The translations under genes and the position numbers were made by a program. Below are positions 51,957-64,000 of a stretch of DNA of 64,000 nt, in pieces. The DNA comes from Podarcis liolepis. Lineage: Eukaryota. The notes below the pieces were generated by a model, which was not told the origin of the DNA, did not search any database, and saw only the letters and a program-made list of their open reading frames with translations. The DNA lies in assembly GCA_965112155.1 (NCBI GenBank), contig OZ218110.1; one strand, 5' to 3'. Position 1 is the stretch's first letter. The number at the start of each line of letters is the position of its first letter.

Positions 51957-54900
51957 TTAGATATAACAAGATGGGCTGTAGAGCTCTGTGAGTGTGTGCC
52001 GTCTACCTTACATACCAAAACATTAAGATGAATTTATGGATGACTGCAAAGCGACCCCCACCACTATTCTTTATTGCAGGGATGGGAAACCTGTGTTTCT
52101 TCAGGTATTGTTAGGCTACAGCCACCATCATCCTTGATAGATGCAGTGTTTCAGGGTGATCAGAATGCTGATTGCTCTGGGCCATGGCGTTCCATGTGTT
52201 TCTCCTAACTTCAGGCTTAACATTGGGGTGGGAGAGAATGTTCTGCCTGCATACAATCTGCAGCAAGTACTAGGTCGCCAACACATCAGAAAGGCTGACG
52301 TTGCTCTTGTATTTAATGGTGGCTCCTGTGGATAGGATTTGAAGAACTCAGCAGCTGCTACAAGGCCAGGTTTCATTCACCACAGGATCTTTAGTACCAG
52401 TGCTTAAACCAAGATGCCTTCATGCAGCTCAACCTGATATGTGCCAAGACAGACACACTGAAGCTCAAAGAAGACCCAAGAAGAACTAATTGCACAATTC
52501 CCGTTGAGGGACTTGGCATGTTTCAAAGGACACATTGGCACAACTCCAGAGGTTACTCCACAATATTGTTTGCTTATTTATAAAATGTCATCCATATACA
52601 GTACAATGGTACCTCGGGTTAAGAACTTAATTCGTTCTGGAGGTCCGTTCTTAACCTGAAACTGTTCTTAACCTGAGGTATCACTTTAGCTAATGGGGCC
52701 TCCCGCTGCTGCCGTGCTGCCGCCGTGCGATTTCTGTTCTTATCCTGAAGCAAAGTTCTTAACCTGAGGTACTATTTCTGGGTTAGTGGAGTCTGTAACC
52801 TGAAGCGTCTCTAACCTGAAGCATCTGTAACCAATCACCAGCCCAACTGCTGGAGCGTCAGCCAATCAACACCACCCATTGATGCAGCAACCAATCAAAC
52901 GTCCACCCTATGCATTACCCATGTCTAAGACAACCCCCACTTTTAAGTATGATTTTTAAAGAAAGAAAAATAGTCTTATACATGGAAAAGTATTTGGCTT
53001 TGTTCCAATGGGAATTAGGGGGAAATTCTAAGGGCTTCCCAGAAAATTCTAGGATGCAGAAATACACTGTTAAGGACTCACTGACTTAAGGACTCACTGA
53101 AGCTTCTTGAGAAAGTTCAAAATACAGTCAAGGTGTCTATGAGTCAGTTGCTTGGATATCACTGGGGGCGGGGGGAGGCAAATGGTTTGAATCCCAGAGT
53201 GCTCATTAAGACCATAATTCAGAAACACTACTCGGTCAGACAACATGAAGAATCTGCTAACCTGCGTACTATATTTATTCAAATCTCATGCACACCCTAG
53301 TTTTCAAAACCTTGAAACCCAAAAAGGTATTTGCTTGCAAATGTAATGTGCATTGGCAAAAAGTGCACTCCCAAGGCCTGTTCAATCTTCTCTCCTGAGA
53401 GCCGCCATTTTCCGTCTCAAATACCGTCCCAGCGCAAATGGGCTACTGTGCCTGCAGCCAGACTCCTTTTCGCATGACAAGGCCAGTTCCTGCAACATTC
53501 ACCTTGTTCACCAGTAAGGCCAAGTCCTTGTTCGGCGGGGGGGGGGGGGAACCAAGACAGGGCGATCTTGAATCAGCGGCTTGCGTGCTGAGCGGGGCGA
53601 GGGGAAAGGCAGTGTGTTTGTACAAGCAAACTCCCGTGATGCTCACTGAGCCCCCGACTCACTTCACCCGGCTCCAGAGGCTTCTGCTGACCCACGTGGC
53701 TCTCCCCCTCCTGTGGCAAGGATGGCAGCGGTGGCAGCGGAGTGGCAAAGAGCGACCGGACCTCCCAGTTAGCAAGAGCTCGTCTTTTTTCATGGTGCCC
53801 AAAGGAAAAAAAGCGGACTCGGCAGAACTTGATCACCCCATCCAAGCAAGTTTGCAATCAAATCTAATGCACCGTCAAATCTAATGCACACACTAATGTT
53901 CACGGCAGAATTTGGCCAAAAAAAGTGTGGATTACATTCAAGGAAATACGGTAATTTCAACACCTCACATTTCTTCATCTACCTATTTGAGTTAAGCCAG
54001 CGCAGGGAAGTCTTCCAACAACAGAACTGTGAGACATTTGGTGACATCATAGCGGTCCAGATATTATTTACTTTTTTTTAAAAAAAATATCATTTGTATA
54101 GTGCCTTTCTGTCCTTAATAGTACTGGGCATGCACCTACACAGGAGGAATGTGATGCAGTCGGTGTGTTGTTGCAGAGAGGGTCAGTCCTGACAAAATAC
54201 AGCCCACTGGTCAATAAATCATATATATATGGGGCCAGGCATGTCCAGAGCTTGTCTGAGGACATGGGAGGCATTCTTGGCATGATGGCGTAAGTTCAGC
54301 AGGCCCCTGGCGCACACACAGCCAGGCCAACGTAGCCCTCAGAGGCTCAGGACAGGTGTACCCGGTTGCCCCACGCTGCATGAGACGCGCCCTTGGTACT
54401 ATGGGACAATTCTGGAGGCAGCAATTCTGAGGCAATAGTAGACATAGATAAGATAGCACTCCAGAGGCTTTGGGGGATAATAGGTACTTTGCACAATTAA
54501 CCCCAGATAAGGATGCTTGATGGCTCCACTTCAACAGTGACATTCAGAAAGCTCATGTTGCTTCTTCCCCCCCAAGGTGCTTCTGGAAAAACTTGTCATT
54601 CTGTCTTCATTTTTGTAATTACATTTATTGGCAGGGAATTAAAATAGTCCCCTGGCCAAAAGCCACCCCCCCATTTGTACTAGAACATGTGAACAATATA
54701 TAATATTTGAGTCTTTAATGAGAATACATAATATATATGTAGGACAAAAAAGGTTAGCCTTAAAAACAAGAAAGAAAATGATGGTCTGAAAGCGGCAAAA
54801 TGGATCACAGATTAAATGGGTTTAAAAACAACAACAAAAAAACCCTAATAATAATTTCATGTATTTATTAACCCAGATAAAGCCTGGGCTATATAATTTT

Positions 54901-55265
54901 ACTCAGCCCGATGGATCTGATACCTGTTTGAAAATGCATAAACACTGCTGAAGCATCATATTGGAATTTGACTTCTCATCTGGCTGCTAGAAAATAATCG
55001 TCGGCAACTAGTTCAGACATAAGTTGTGGATTTCTACTGACACATACTTCTGAGGTAATATTTTTACAAATACCTAGCTTTGTTCCTTCTGAAGAAATGC
55101 ATGTACTCTGTCATTACCAGATGACAAATTGCCTTTGCTTGACACATCCCCAAATAACAGGGGAGTGACTGTAGGCATGGCGGACGTCATCTAAGGCCTG
55201 GTTTGTGCTGTTCATGGTATATGCAGAAGAAATTCATGCTTTAGGATGGTTATTTATGCATTTCC

Positions 55266-55309
55266 AGAAGAAGAAGAAGAAGAAGAAGAAGAAGAAGAAG
55301 AAGAAGAAG
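55266..55309. repeat. (AAG)~14 microsatellite
   Basis: Direct reading. Confidence 0.98.
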
Positions 55310-55702
55310 GAAGTACATCCTCACAACAAAGGTCAAATATATGCATGGAATTTGCATATGCAGCTAATTAATATGTATACATATAGGTTCACATTTAGAA
55401 AAACAAAAATACTTGCAATCCAGGCAGAAACATGAAATATGATATGAGGATGAATGTGACCTGTATGTTTGTTCAGTTTGATGCTGTTGGCAGGCAACTC
55501 CAAGGCTCCATTTGCTGTCCCTTCTTACGGTTCTTTACTAGGGGCTACACTTGCCAACCTCCCCCCCCCGGCCTGCCATTCTCCCCTTTCCATTAATCCC
55601 CTTTCCATCTCATGCAACTATTAAGCTCACTTTTCACCTCTCCAGTTCCATTTCTGAAGGCACTTCTCCCCTTTATTCTGTAGCCCTGCTTTGCACCTCT
55701 TT

Positions 55703-55740
55703 TCACCTTCACCTTCACCTTCACCTTCACCTTCACCTTC
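55703..55740. repeat. (TCACCT)6 hexamer repeat
   Basis: Direct reading. Confidence 0.9.
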
Positions 55741-56345
55741 ATGTCCATGCCTCCTCCTGCTCCTCTTTTTGTGCCTCTGACCCTTGCTCACAAACCACCC
55801 TCATGGGAAACCCATGCATCTTTCTTCTTCCACACATTGCAATGCCTTAGCACCCTTGTCACCTTCCATCCGATTATGAAGCTACTTTTCCCTCCTGTTC
55901 TGCGGACACTTCATGCCCCAGCTTTCATGCTCACCCCCTTCCCATGCCTCCTTCTCCCTCCTTTTTTTTGCAGCTCCCTTTACACCCCCATTTTCACCTT
56001 CACTCCCTTTCCCTCCTCAACTCGACCTTGAACACGGACCACCCCTTTTCCACGACTCATCCTCTCTCCTATAATAACAGCCCCTTTTGCGTGTGAACCA
56101 TTGTGAAACGCACGGTACTATATCTTTTAAGTTAAATAGATTATTAAAAGCAAGGCTGTCAGTTAGCTTGTTCAGTTAGGGAAGGTTAAGTTCAGCTGAT
56201 GGCTTATGCACATATATGGCTTATTAATAAAATATCTATTCTAAATTATTACACGGAATCTGGAACTTTGTGCTGAAGACAACACATGGCACCAGGAGTG
56301 AAATACAGTGTGTGACACTACAATGGAATATTTGAGACCTCTCCT

Positions 56346-56647
56346 TCCTTGGTCTCTCTCACATGAGGTAGCTGAGGAATGAAAGAGGGAGAAGTTTAAG
56401 TACAGTGAGAAGGGGGTAGCGTTGTGAGAAAAAAAAAAGTGGCCGTTTTAAACAACAGGTCGTGTTGCAGTCAGTAAAGCAAGCGAGGAGCAACTCTGAG
56501 AGGAAAATGGCAGTTTTAAACATCAGCAGAGGTTTGAGTGAAGCTGGGATGCTTTAAAACAGCCACTTTGACTCCTTTCAGGGTCTCTCCCTTCTCACTG
56601 TACTCAAACTTATTTCCTCAGCTATTTCATGTGAGAGAGATAAAGGA
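56346..56647. repeat. Element with long imperfect terminal inverted repeats (MITE-like)
   Basis: ctctctcacatga..tagctgagga..agtacagtgagaaggg versus cccttctcactgtact..tcctcagcta..tcatgtgagagag. Confidence 0.65.
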
Positions 56648-57545
56648 CTCACTGGCATGCACCACTCACCCCCCGAAGGTTGATCACGAGTGAATGTGGC
56701 CTCATAGCCTCCAACTGCCCTGAAAATGCCGGGACCATCATGAAAACCCTTAAGCCATTGTGGCTTCTCACTTTCTCACACAGAATCCGAAATCCCCATC
56801 TTTGTTGAAGTGCACTAATCAGATATGGCTTCACGCTGGGGGAAGCAGGGATGAGAGAGTTGCTGACTGAGACCTCCTCTTCTGTCACCTCCTTTGCTGC
56901 TGTTCCTGGGAGTTGTAGTAGGTGGGTTGGGGGGGGGGAGGAAGAGTCTTGCACCGGGTTCGAGCGAGGGAGCTAGAGCGGCCAGCCAGCAGAGTATCAG
57001 CAGCACAAGTAGCGGGTAGAGAAGGAGAAGGGGGAGCGAGGCAACGGGGACACTGACGTCCCCGTCCCCATTGTGGGAGGCTGTGACTCTCCAACCTGGT
57101 GGGTCCCCATCCAGTTGACCAGGCCAAATAAAAACAAGAAGGAGAAAGTGAGCCAGGTCAGGTCTGAAGAGAAAGTGGCGGCTAGAGGAGACCATGGGCA
57201 GGAACACGCGCTGGGTGTGTGTGTGTAGCTGGCAGGATGAAGACAGGCCTGTGGGGGGCTGGAGTTGAGGGGTGTGGGGGCAAGGAGGTTATGGGGTCAA
57301 GGGTGGGCACTGGAGCTAGCTGGGCTTTGCACGGGGAGGGGTTGTCTGCATCCTGAAAAACTTTAATAAAAATCTTAACATGCAAAACCAACAATAGCCC
57401 CTTCCCAGCAGTGATAGTGATGCAGAATTATGAGGACAGTTGGAGGGTATGAGGCCTGAAGAAAGTTCCTCACCCCTGCCCTATCCTACAGCTTTTCTGT
57501 TGACCCAGGACCATTGGTATATAGGTATGGTATATAGGTATTTCA

Positions 57546-57890
57546 GGACGCGGGTGGTGCTGTGGGTTAAACCACAAAGCCTAGGACTTGCTGATCAGAG
57601 GGTCGGTGGTTCAAATCCCTGCGATGGGGTGAGCTTCCATTGCTCGGTCCCTGCTCCTGCCAACCTAGCAGTCCGAAAGCATGTCAAAAGTGCAAGTAGA
57701 TAAATAGGTACCACTCCGGTGGGAAGGTAAACAGCATTTCCGTGCACTGCTCTGGTTCGCCAGAAGTGGGTTAGTCATGCTGGCCACATGACCCGGAAGC
57801 TGTACGCTGGCTCCCTCAGCCAATAAAGCGAGATGAGCGCTGCAACCCCAGAGTCAGCCACGACTGTACCTAGTGGTCAGGGGTCCCTTG
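57546..57890 (+). mobile_element. Sauria SINE
   Basis: Colinear with 5146-5495. Confidence 0.9.
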
Positions 57891-58714
57891 TTTTCAACAA
57901 CTTATGTTGCTGTCAGTGGTTCACATACATGTTGCACAGAGCAGCTTGGTGCATTGAGATGTGGGGAAACCAAGGTTCAAGTTGCTGCTCTGCCGAGAAA
58001 CTCTCTGGACAGGCATGTCAGTGCCTCTGGGCCTAACCTAGCAGGCTGCTGTGAGGACAAGTTGTTGTAACCCATCCCAGCCTCTTGGGACAGGATTTGA
58101 AAGCTGCTGGAACATACAAGTAGTATCACCTTACACCAGAAGCAAGCTTGCCGTGAGATAATAATAGGACCATACATTCAGAAATAACCATATTTAAAGT
58201 GTAGCAGGGTGATAAAATCAGCCTGCAACTAGCTTACATATCTTGGTTTATGATGTGTTGCGGTACTCAGACTAATTGTCCAGCTGTGATTCACAGATGT
58301 TTATTTCTGTGTGGATGTCTAATGGTGTCATTGTGACCGGATAACCTTTAATAAATACGAGAGCTGGAACAAGGCAAGGCATTGCAAAACACTACGGCAC
58401 TCGTTTTCTGGGGGGACACCGTAAATATTACCCCGAGGGTTAAAGCACAGGCTCCCACAACCTTAAAAGTGGCTAGAAATCTTAACCCACCTTAAAATGG
58501 CTCCTATACACAACTGCTAAAGGATGCCTACTTTATCCCCCCCCCAACAAAAAAAGAATCATCTCAAAATGAGCCAAGAGTACTATTTCATTTGGGGTGA
58601 GGGGGTGGGAATCACAAAAACCCTTTGCCATCCTATTTACGGTACATAAACAGATAGATGCAAGGTGACACGACTCTTATACCTTCATGTATTTCCCCGC
58701 AGTTTTTCGGGCTA

Positions 58715-59158
<444 letters not shown>

Positions 59159-59294
59159 TTAAAGCAGCAGAGTTCTATTCTCTTAGCAGCATTGAAGAAT
59201 GGCCATTTGTTTTTGATTTATTTGATTTATTAGATTTATATATACCGCCCTTCATCCTAAGATCGCAGGGCGTTTGACAGAATAAAATACAGGA

Positions 59295-59527
59295 TAAAGG
59301 TAAAGGGTAAAGGGACCCCTGACCATTAGGTCCAGTCGTGGCTGACTCTGGGGTTGTGGCGCTCATCTCGCTTTATTGGCCGAGGGAGCCAGCATACACC
59401 TTCTGGGTCATGTGGCCAGCATGACTAAGCCGCTTTTGGCGAACCACAGCAGAGCAGCTGTTTACCTTCCCGCCAGAGCGGTACCTAATTATCTACTTGC
59501 ACTTTGACGTGCTTTCGAACTGCTAGG
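59295..59527 (-). mobile_element. Sauria SINE, 5'-truncated
   Basis: Reverse complement of the SINE 3' two-thirds. Confidence 0.85.
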
Positions 59528-59553
59528 AAATAGCGAAAGCAAAACAGCAAAGC

Positions 59554-59558
<5 letters not shown>

Positions 59559-59596
<38 letters not shown>

Positions 59597-59600
59597 CACC
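59559..59600. repeat. (CA)n microsatellite
   Basis: Direct reading. Confidence 0.95.
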
Positions 59601-60566
59601 CACCCACCCTTTCTCACAGACACATTCAAAAGGCTGTAGAATCAGCCAAAGGCCTGATTGGTTACATGTTTTATTGTGTTTCTTTGTTTTTTGATGTTTT
59701 AAACAAGTTTTTATTTTATTTTTATTACAGATATGCTTGCCCCTCTGTGGGCTATGCTTGGGAGGGAGGGTGGCATATAATTAAATTTGATAGACAGATA
59801 AATAAATAAATAAACTATATTAATGATTTTAAATGACGCCATTTGTTTATGCCAGATCACTATATTGTGAATTGCTTTATAATTGCCTTGGCTTTCCTGC
59901 AGCTAAATGATCTAACACTTTGTGCCCTTAAGGCCTCATGAGGAATGATAAATAAGTTGAATATGGGATGTTGAAACTCGAACATCCTACACACTTTTCT
60001 TTGGAAGCCAAGAAAGCTAAATACATAATGCAACATCCTACAAACATTTCTCTGGAAGCAAAGCAACCCACATACCTAACGCAATAGGTTTAAAGAGTTC
60101 ATTTTCAACATTTTGTTTTGAATCAGCAAATTTCCTCACGCCTCAGTTCAGCTCTGGGAGGGATTTTATTGGCACTGGGATTTTATTTATTTATTCAAAA
60201 TATTTATGAGTTGCTTTTCTTTATCGATATTCAAGGGAACATACCAAAATAATAGGCCTACAATGAAATGATAAAATGTAGCAGAGTGATGAAATAATGG
60301 CTTAGATATCTTTTTATTTATTTATTTATTTTCTATACCGAACACGCTCAAAAATTAAATTTCAGTTTCAATTCAACCTTCCAAACAGTGGAAGTAAAAA
60401 CATAGAATTACAAAACTTAAGAATTATTAAAAGTCTCCAAGAAAAATGATGCAGGAATTGGTGCGTCCCTCAGTTGTCTTACAAGGGCATCATACAAATT
60501 GGGGGCCAGTACTCCCTCACCCTGGTCGCCATACATTTGAATCCACCTGGTGGGGGCATCTGAATA

Positions 60567-60717
60567 CCATATTTTTCCGTGTACAACATGCCCCCTATTT
60601 TTGGAGATTCCATCAGTTGCCCGTCTCCCATATATACTATCCATGTATAAGATGACCCCCAATTTTAAAGTTGAAAAAAATGCGAGAAAATATAGTCTTA
60701 TACATGGAAAAATATGG
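60567..60717. mobile_element. TcMar MITE with ccatatttttcc TIRs (relatives ~8016-8250, ~52830-52995, ~53400-53953)
   Basis: TA|ccatatttttccgtgta ... tacatggaaaaatatgg|TA. Confidence 0.8.
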
Positions 60718-60787
60718 TAATTCCTTTTAATGGAGATATTTGGGCTGAAGACAGGCATTCATGTATTCAAGTCCTAACCCATTAGAG

Positions 60788-60926
60788 CAGGGTTTCCCAA
60801 ACTTGGGTCGCTCCCCTGTTTTTGGACTACAATTCCCATCGTTCCTGACCACTGGTCCTGCTAGTTAAGGGATGATGGGAGCTGTAGTCAGAAAAACAAC
60901 TGGAGACCCAACTTTGGGAAACCCTG
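60788..60926. mobile_element. Palindromic hAT MITE
   Basis: TIR cagggtttcccaaa; perfect TSD cattagag. Confidence 0.9.
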
Positions 60927-62529
60927 CATTAGAGCATGATGGAGACCCTGTGACCTTCCAGATGTTGCCATATCCCTCTTGCCCCAGCTGGCAATAGACA
61001 CAGGTTAAGGATGATGGGAATTGTAGTCCAGCTACAAGTTCCTACTGGAGCTTTGACGGTTAAGTTAATCACTCTGATTTATGCTTTGAAAGGCACTGAA
61101 ATCCAGTGTAGCTATTTTAATGTCAATGTGATATCGCCAGCATTCTGATTGCAGTGTATTGATGCAGCTGAAGTTTCTGAACTGCCTTTAAGTATAGTCT
61201 GGTACACAACACGTTGCAAAATCTAGCCTGGATAGAGCACAACTTTATCCACAACAGTGGAGGGGCCACATTAATATACCAGAGGAAAATTAAGATCTGC
61301 AGAAAAATCTACGTTAATGTTTCCCAAAGAGAATTCACCAGATTAATTTAAGAAGGGAATTTAGGCTCCAACTGGGAGTTATAATCCAGCAACATCTTCC
61401 TCACTCCATGTTTGACATGTTAACTGGATTAGAATATTTTTTAATTTTTATTTACACCCCACATTTTGGCTTATTCCAAATCCTCAAGGATGCTCACATT
61501 CAAAGCACCACGGAACTGAGCAAAACAGGCTCTTTAAACCACCAATTCTTTGGTCCCCCTAAGCAATCTGTGTGTTTTCATCCATCTCAGCCTAGCAAAC
61601 TCCTTAATTGACTGCATCTATACTCCTACACTTGAGCTCTGCGTAGATGTACACAGTGCTCTTGTTTCTTCAAGCTGTGACAAGTACCCTTGTGTTTCCT
61701 CGGCCCTAGGTACGATTACATACCTTGATGTCACAACAGGATGCTAACGATGGATGCCTCCTATGTGAACTCAGCTGGTCCAGATAAGGATCAGTCAATT
61801 TTTGCAGTTCAAAGTTTTGACGCTTTGAAATAGCATCACCCAGGCAAAGATTTATCAAAGCTTCTGCCAAGTGAATGCTGCTGGAAATTGTGCTTGACGT
61901 TGATGTGCGTGTTCAAACAAGATAGTATTAAATAAAAATCCAGACACTATATTCCTTTGAATCTGAGCTCAAAAGATGCTGGTGCTGTAGACTGAAGCAC
62001 TCATTCCTAGCTTTGTGCCGATTTTAAAACCTGAAATGCTTAAAAAAAACAACAGTGGGCAGGGGGGAGTGGAGGTCTACGATCTATGTTCCCATAAGTA
62101 TGTTCCCATAAGCATCTGGTTGGAAATTGTGAGACCAGGATTCTGCACTTAGGCAGCCATGTGGTCTATTCCAGCAGTGATTTCCTTACATTCTTCTCTA
62201 AACAGAGATGGATAAACTGTGGCTCTCCATACGTTGTTGGACTCCATTAGCCCCAGCCAGCAGAGGCAGATTAAATGGTCCCTGCCACGCCCCCCCAGCC
62301 GGCGGATTGGCTGGCCGGGCTCTGACGTGGCCAGGATCCCCTGGGCAATGGGGGACTAAGTCCCCCGCCCCCGGTGGGGAGTGGGTGGCCACACAGTTCA
62401 TTGCAACTCCTCCCCACTGGGAATTGGAGCAGTTCTGTGCCCCTCCATAGGTTGTTGGACTCCATTCGCCCAGCCAGCAGAGGCAGATTTAGGGGAGCGT
62501 GGCTGGTTCACCCGCACTGGGAGTTGAAC

Positions 62530-62890
62530 CGAAGCTAAATGTTGGAAGATTTGGGGCACATTTAAAAAAGTACTTCTTCATGCAGTGTACAGTTCAACTA
62601 GGGAAGTTGCTCCCACAAGGGGCAATGATGGCCATCAACCTAGATGGTTTTAAAAGAGGTTGAACAAATTCATGGAACAGAGGGCTGTCAACGGCTCCTA
62701 GCCGTGATGGCTATGCTTCTGCCGCCACAGCTGGAGGCTGTGATACTTCGGAATTCCAGTTGCTGGAAGCTACAGGAGGGGAGAACGTCCTTGTGATCAG
62801 GTCCTGTTTGCAGGTCGCCCACAGTGGCCACTGTGAGAATATTGGACTAGATGGCCATTGGCCTGATCCAGCAGGCTCTTATGTTTTTAT
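62530..62890 (+). mobile_element. CR1 3' fragment
   Basis: aaaaagtacttcttca...ggactagatggccattggcctgatccagcaggctcttatgt tail. Confidence 0.7.
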
Positions 62891-62965
62891 GCTCAGCTCC
62901 TGCTCATGGAAAACCTGCACTGTCTTTTAGGAAGAGGCTACAGCAGTCTGCTCTCTTTACGCTTG

Positions 62966-63315
62966 GTAAAAGGTAAAGGTAAAGGGACCCCTGACCATTA
63001 GGTCTAGTCGCGGACGACTCTGGGGTTGCAACGCTCATCTCGCTTTATTGGCCGAGGGAGCCGGCGTACAGCTTCCGGGTCATGTGGCCAGCATGACTAA
63101 GCCGCTTTTGGCGAACCAGAGCAGCGCACAGAAACGCTGTTTACCTTCCTGCCGGAGCGGTACCTATTTATCTACTTGCACTCTGACGTGCTTTCAAACT
63201 GCTAGGTTGGCAGAAGCAGGGACCAAGCAACGGGAGCTCACCCCGTTGCGGGGATTCGAACGGCCAACCTTCTGATCAGAAGGCAAGTCCTAGGCTCTGT
63301 GGTTTAACCCACAGC
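62966..63315 (-). mobile_element. Sauria SINE
   Basis: Reverse complement colinear with 5146-5495. Confidence 0.9.
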
Positions 63316-63677
63316 TTGTTACATACTATTTTATATTATATGAGTGCTATATCTGAATTATTCTCTCTCTCTCTTTCTCTTGGGTGTGTGTGAGAAACAA
63401 CCTTAGTAAACAGACATTGGCTCCATTCCAGGCAGAGTATGAATTGACTTGCTAAGCAATCTTGCTAAAGATATTTACTAAGAAACAAATCCCACTGTGT
63501 TCAGTTGGGCTTTCTCCCTAGCAAATGTGTTTAGCCAACTTGGTGGCCCCCATATACAATTGGACTCAAGCTCCTATCAGAGGCAGTCAGTATGGCTCAC
63601 AGTCAGGGATGATGGGAGTTGTCATTCAACAACACCTAGAGGGCCACAGGTCTCCCAGCGTCACATAATGTTTAGAG

Positions 63678-63813
63678 GAGGGTTTCCCAAACCAGAGTCT
63701 CCAACTGTTTTCGAACTACAATTCCCATCATCCCTGACCACTGATCTTGCTATCTAGGGATGATGGGAGTTGTAGTCCAAAAGCAGCTGGAGACCCAAGT
63801 TTGAGAAACATTG
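63678..63813. mobile_element. Palindromic hAT MITE inserted in a SINE head (~63660-63930)
   Basis: TSD gtttagag/ggttagag; SINE body continues tgttgaactatgac...cctcacaaggatgttttgagg. Confidence 0.8.
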
Positions 63814-64000
63814 GGTTAGAGTGTTGAACTATGACATGGGTGCCAGGGACACAAAACCCATGGGGTGAACTTGGACCAATCACTGCCTCTGGGCCTAATC
63901 CACCTCACAAGGATGTTTTGAGGATAATGTGAAGAGAGTGAGAGATCCATGTGTGCCACCTTGGCTCCTTGGATGAAAGGTAAGATGTCAACACAACAAA

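Noticed and set aside
53400-53415. YY1 motif GCCGCCATTTT as an internal promoter
   Set aside because: Lies within a probable TcMar-derived repeat, with no other supporting evidence.
55205-55850. Poly-Lys and (His-Leu)n ORFs
   Set aside because: Translations of the (AAG)n and (TCACCT)n microsatellites.

Overview
Eukaryotic (vertebrate) genomic DNA, most likely from a lacertid lizard, judged by its Sauria SINE copies, young L2 LINEs and squamate-type MITEs. It is not prokaryotic, and I found no operons, CRISPR arrays or defence systems. Two spliced genes lie on the minus strand in the conserved tetrapod order KRT222 -> SMARCE1 (-> CCR7, expected left of the window). (1) SMARCE1/BAF57 spans ~6060-35440. 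It has a CpG-island promoter, a non-coding exon 1 and nine visible coding exons with clean GT-AG boundaries and the expected phases. Coding exon 4 is not visible and almost certainly sits in the 167-N assembly gap (27758-27924). (2) KRT222 has six coding exons, 58993-46156, predicting 282 aa. The remainder is intron/intergenic DNA dense with L2, CR1, L1 and RTE LINE pieces, tRNA-derived SINEs, Tc1/mariner (TA-flanked) and hAT (8-bp TSD) MITEs, and microsatellites. The most interesting signals are regulatory: an in-frame alternative-donor extension and an RBFOX-motif cluster around SMARCE1 exon 4, candidate stop-containing (poison) exons in introns 3 and 5, an exon-2 uORF, a splice acceptor with an open in-frame extension upstream of the KRT222 ATG, and hAT MITEs that repeatedly hit SINE A-boxes and carry paired ZNF143/THAP11-like motifs. 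I cannot support a wholly new biological system. These are testable candidates. Comparisons to human proteins and exon sizes are from memory.
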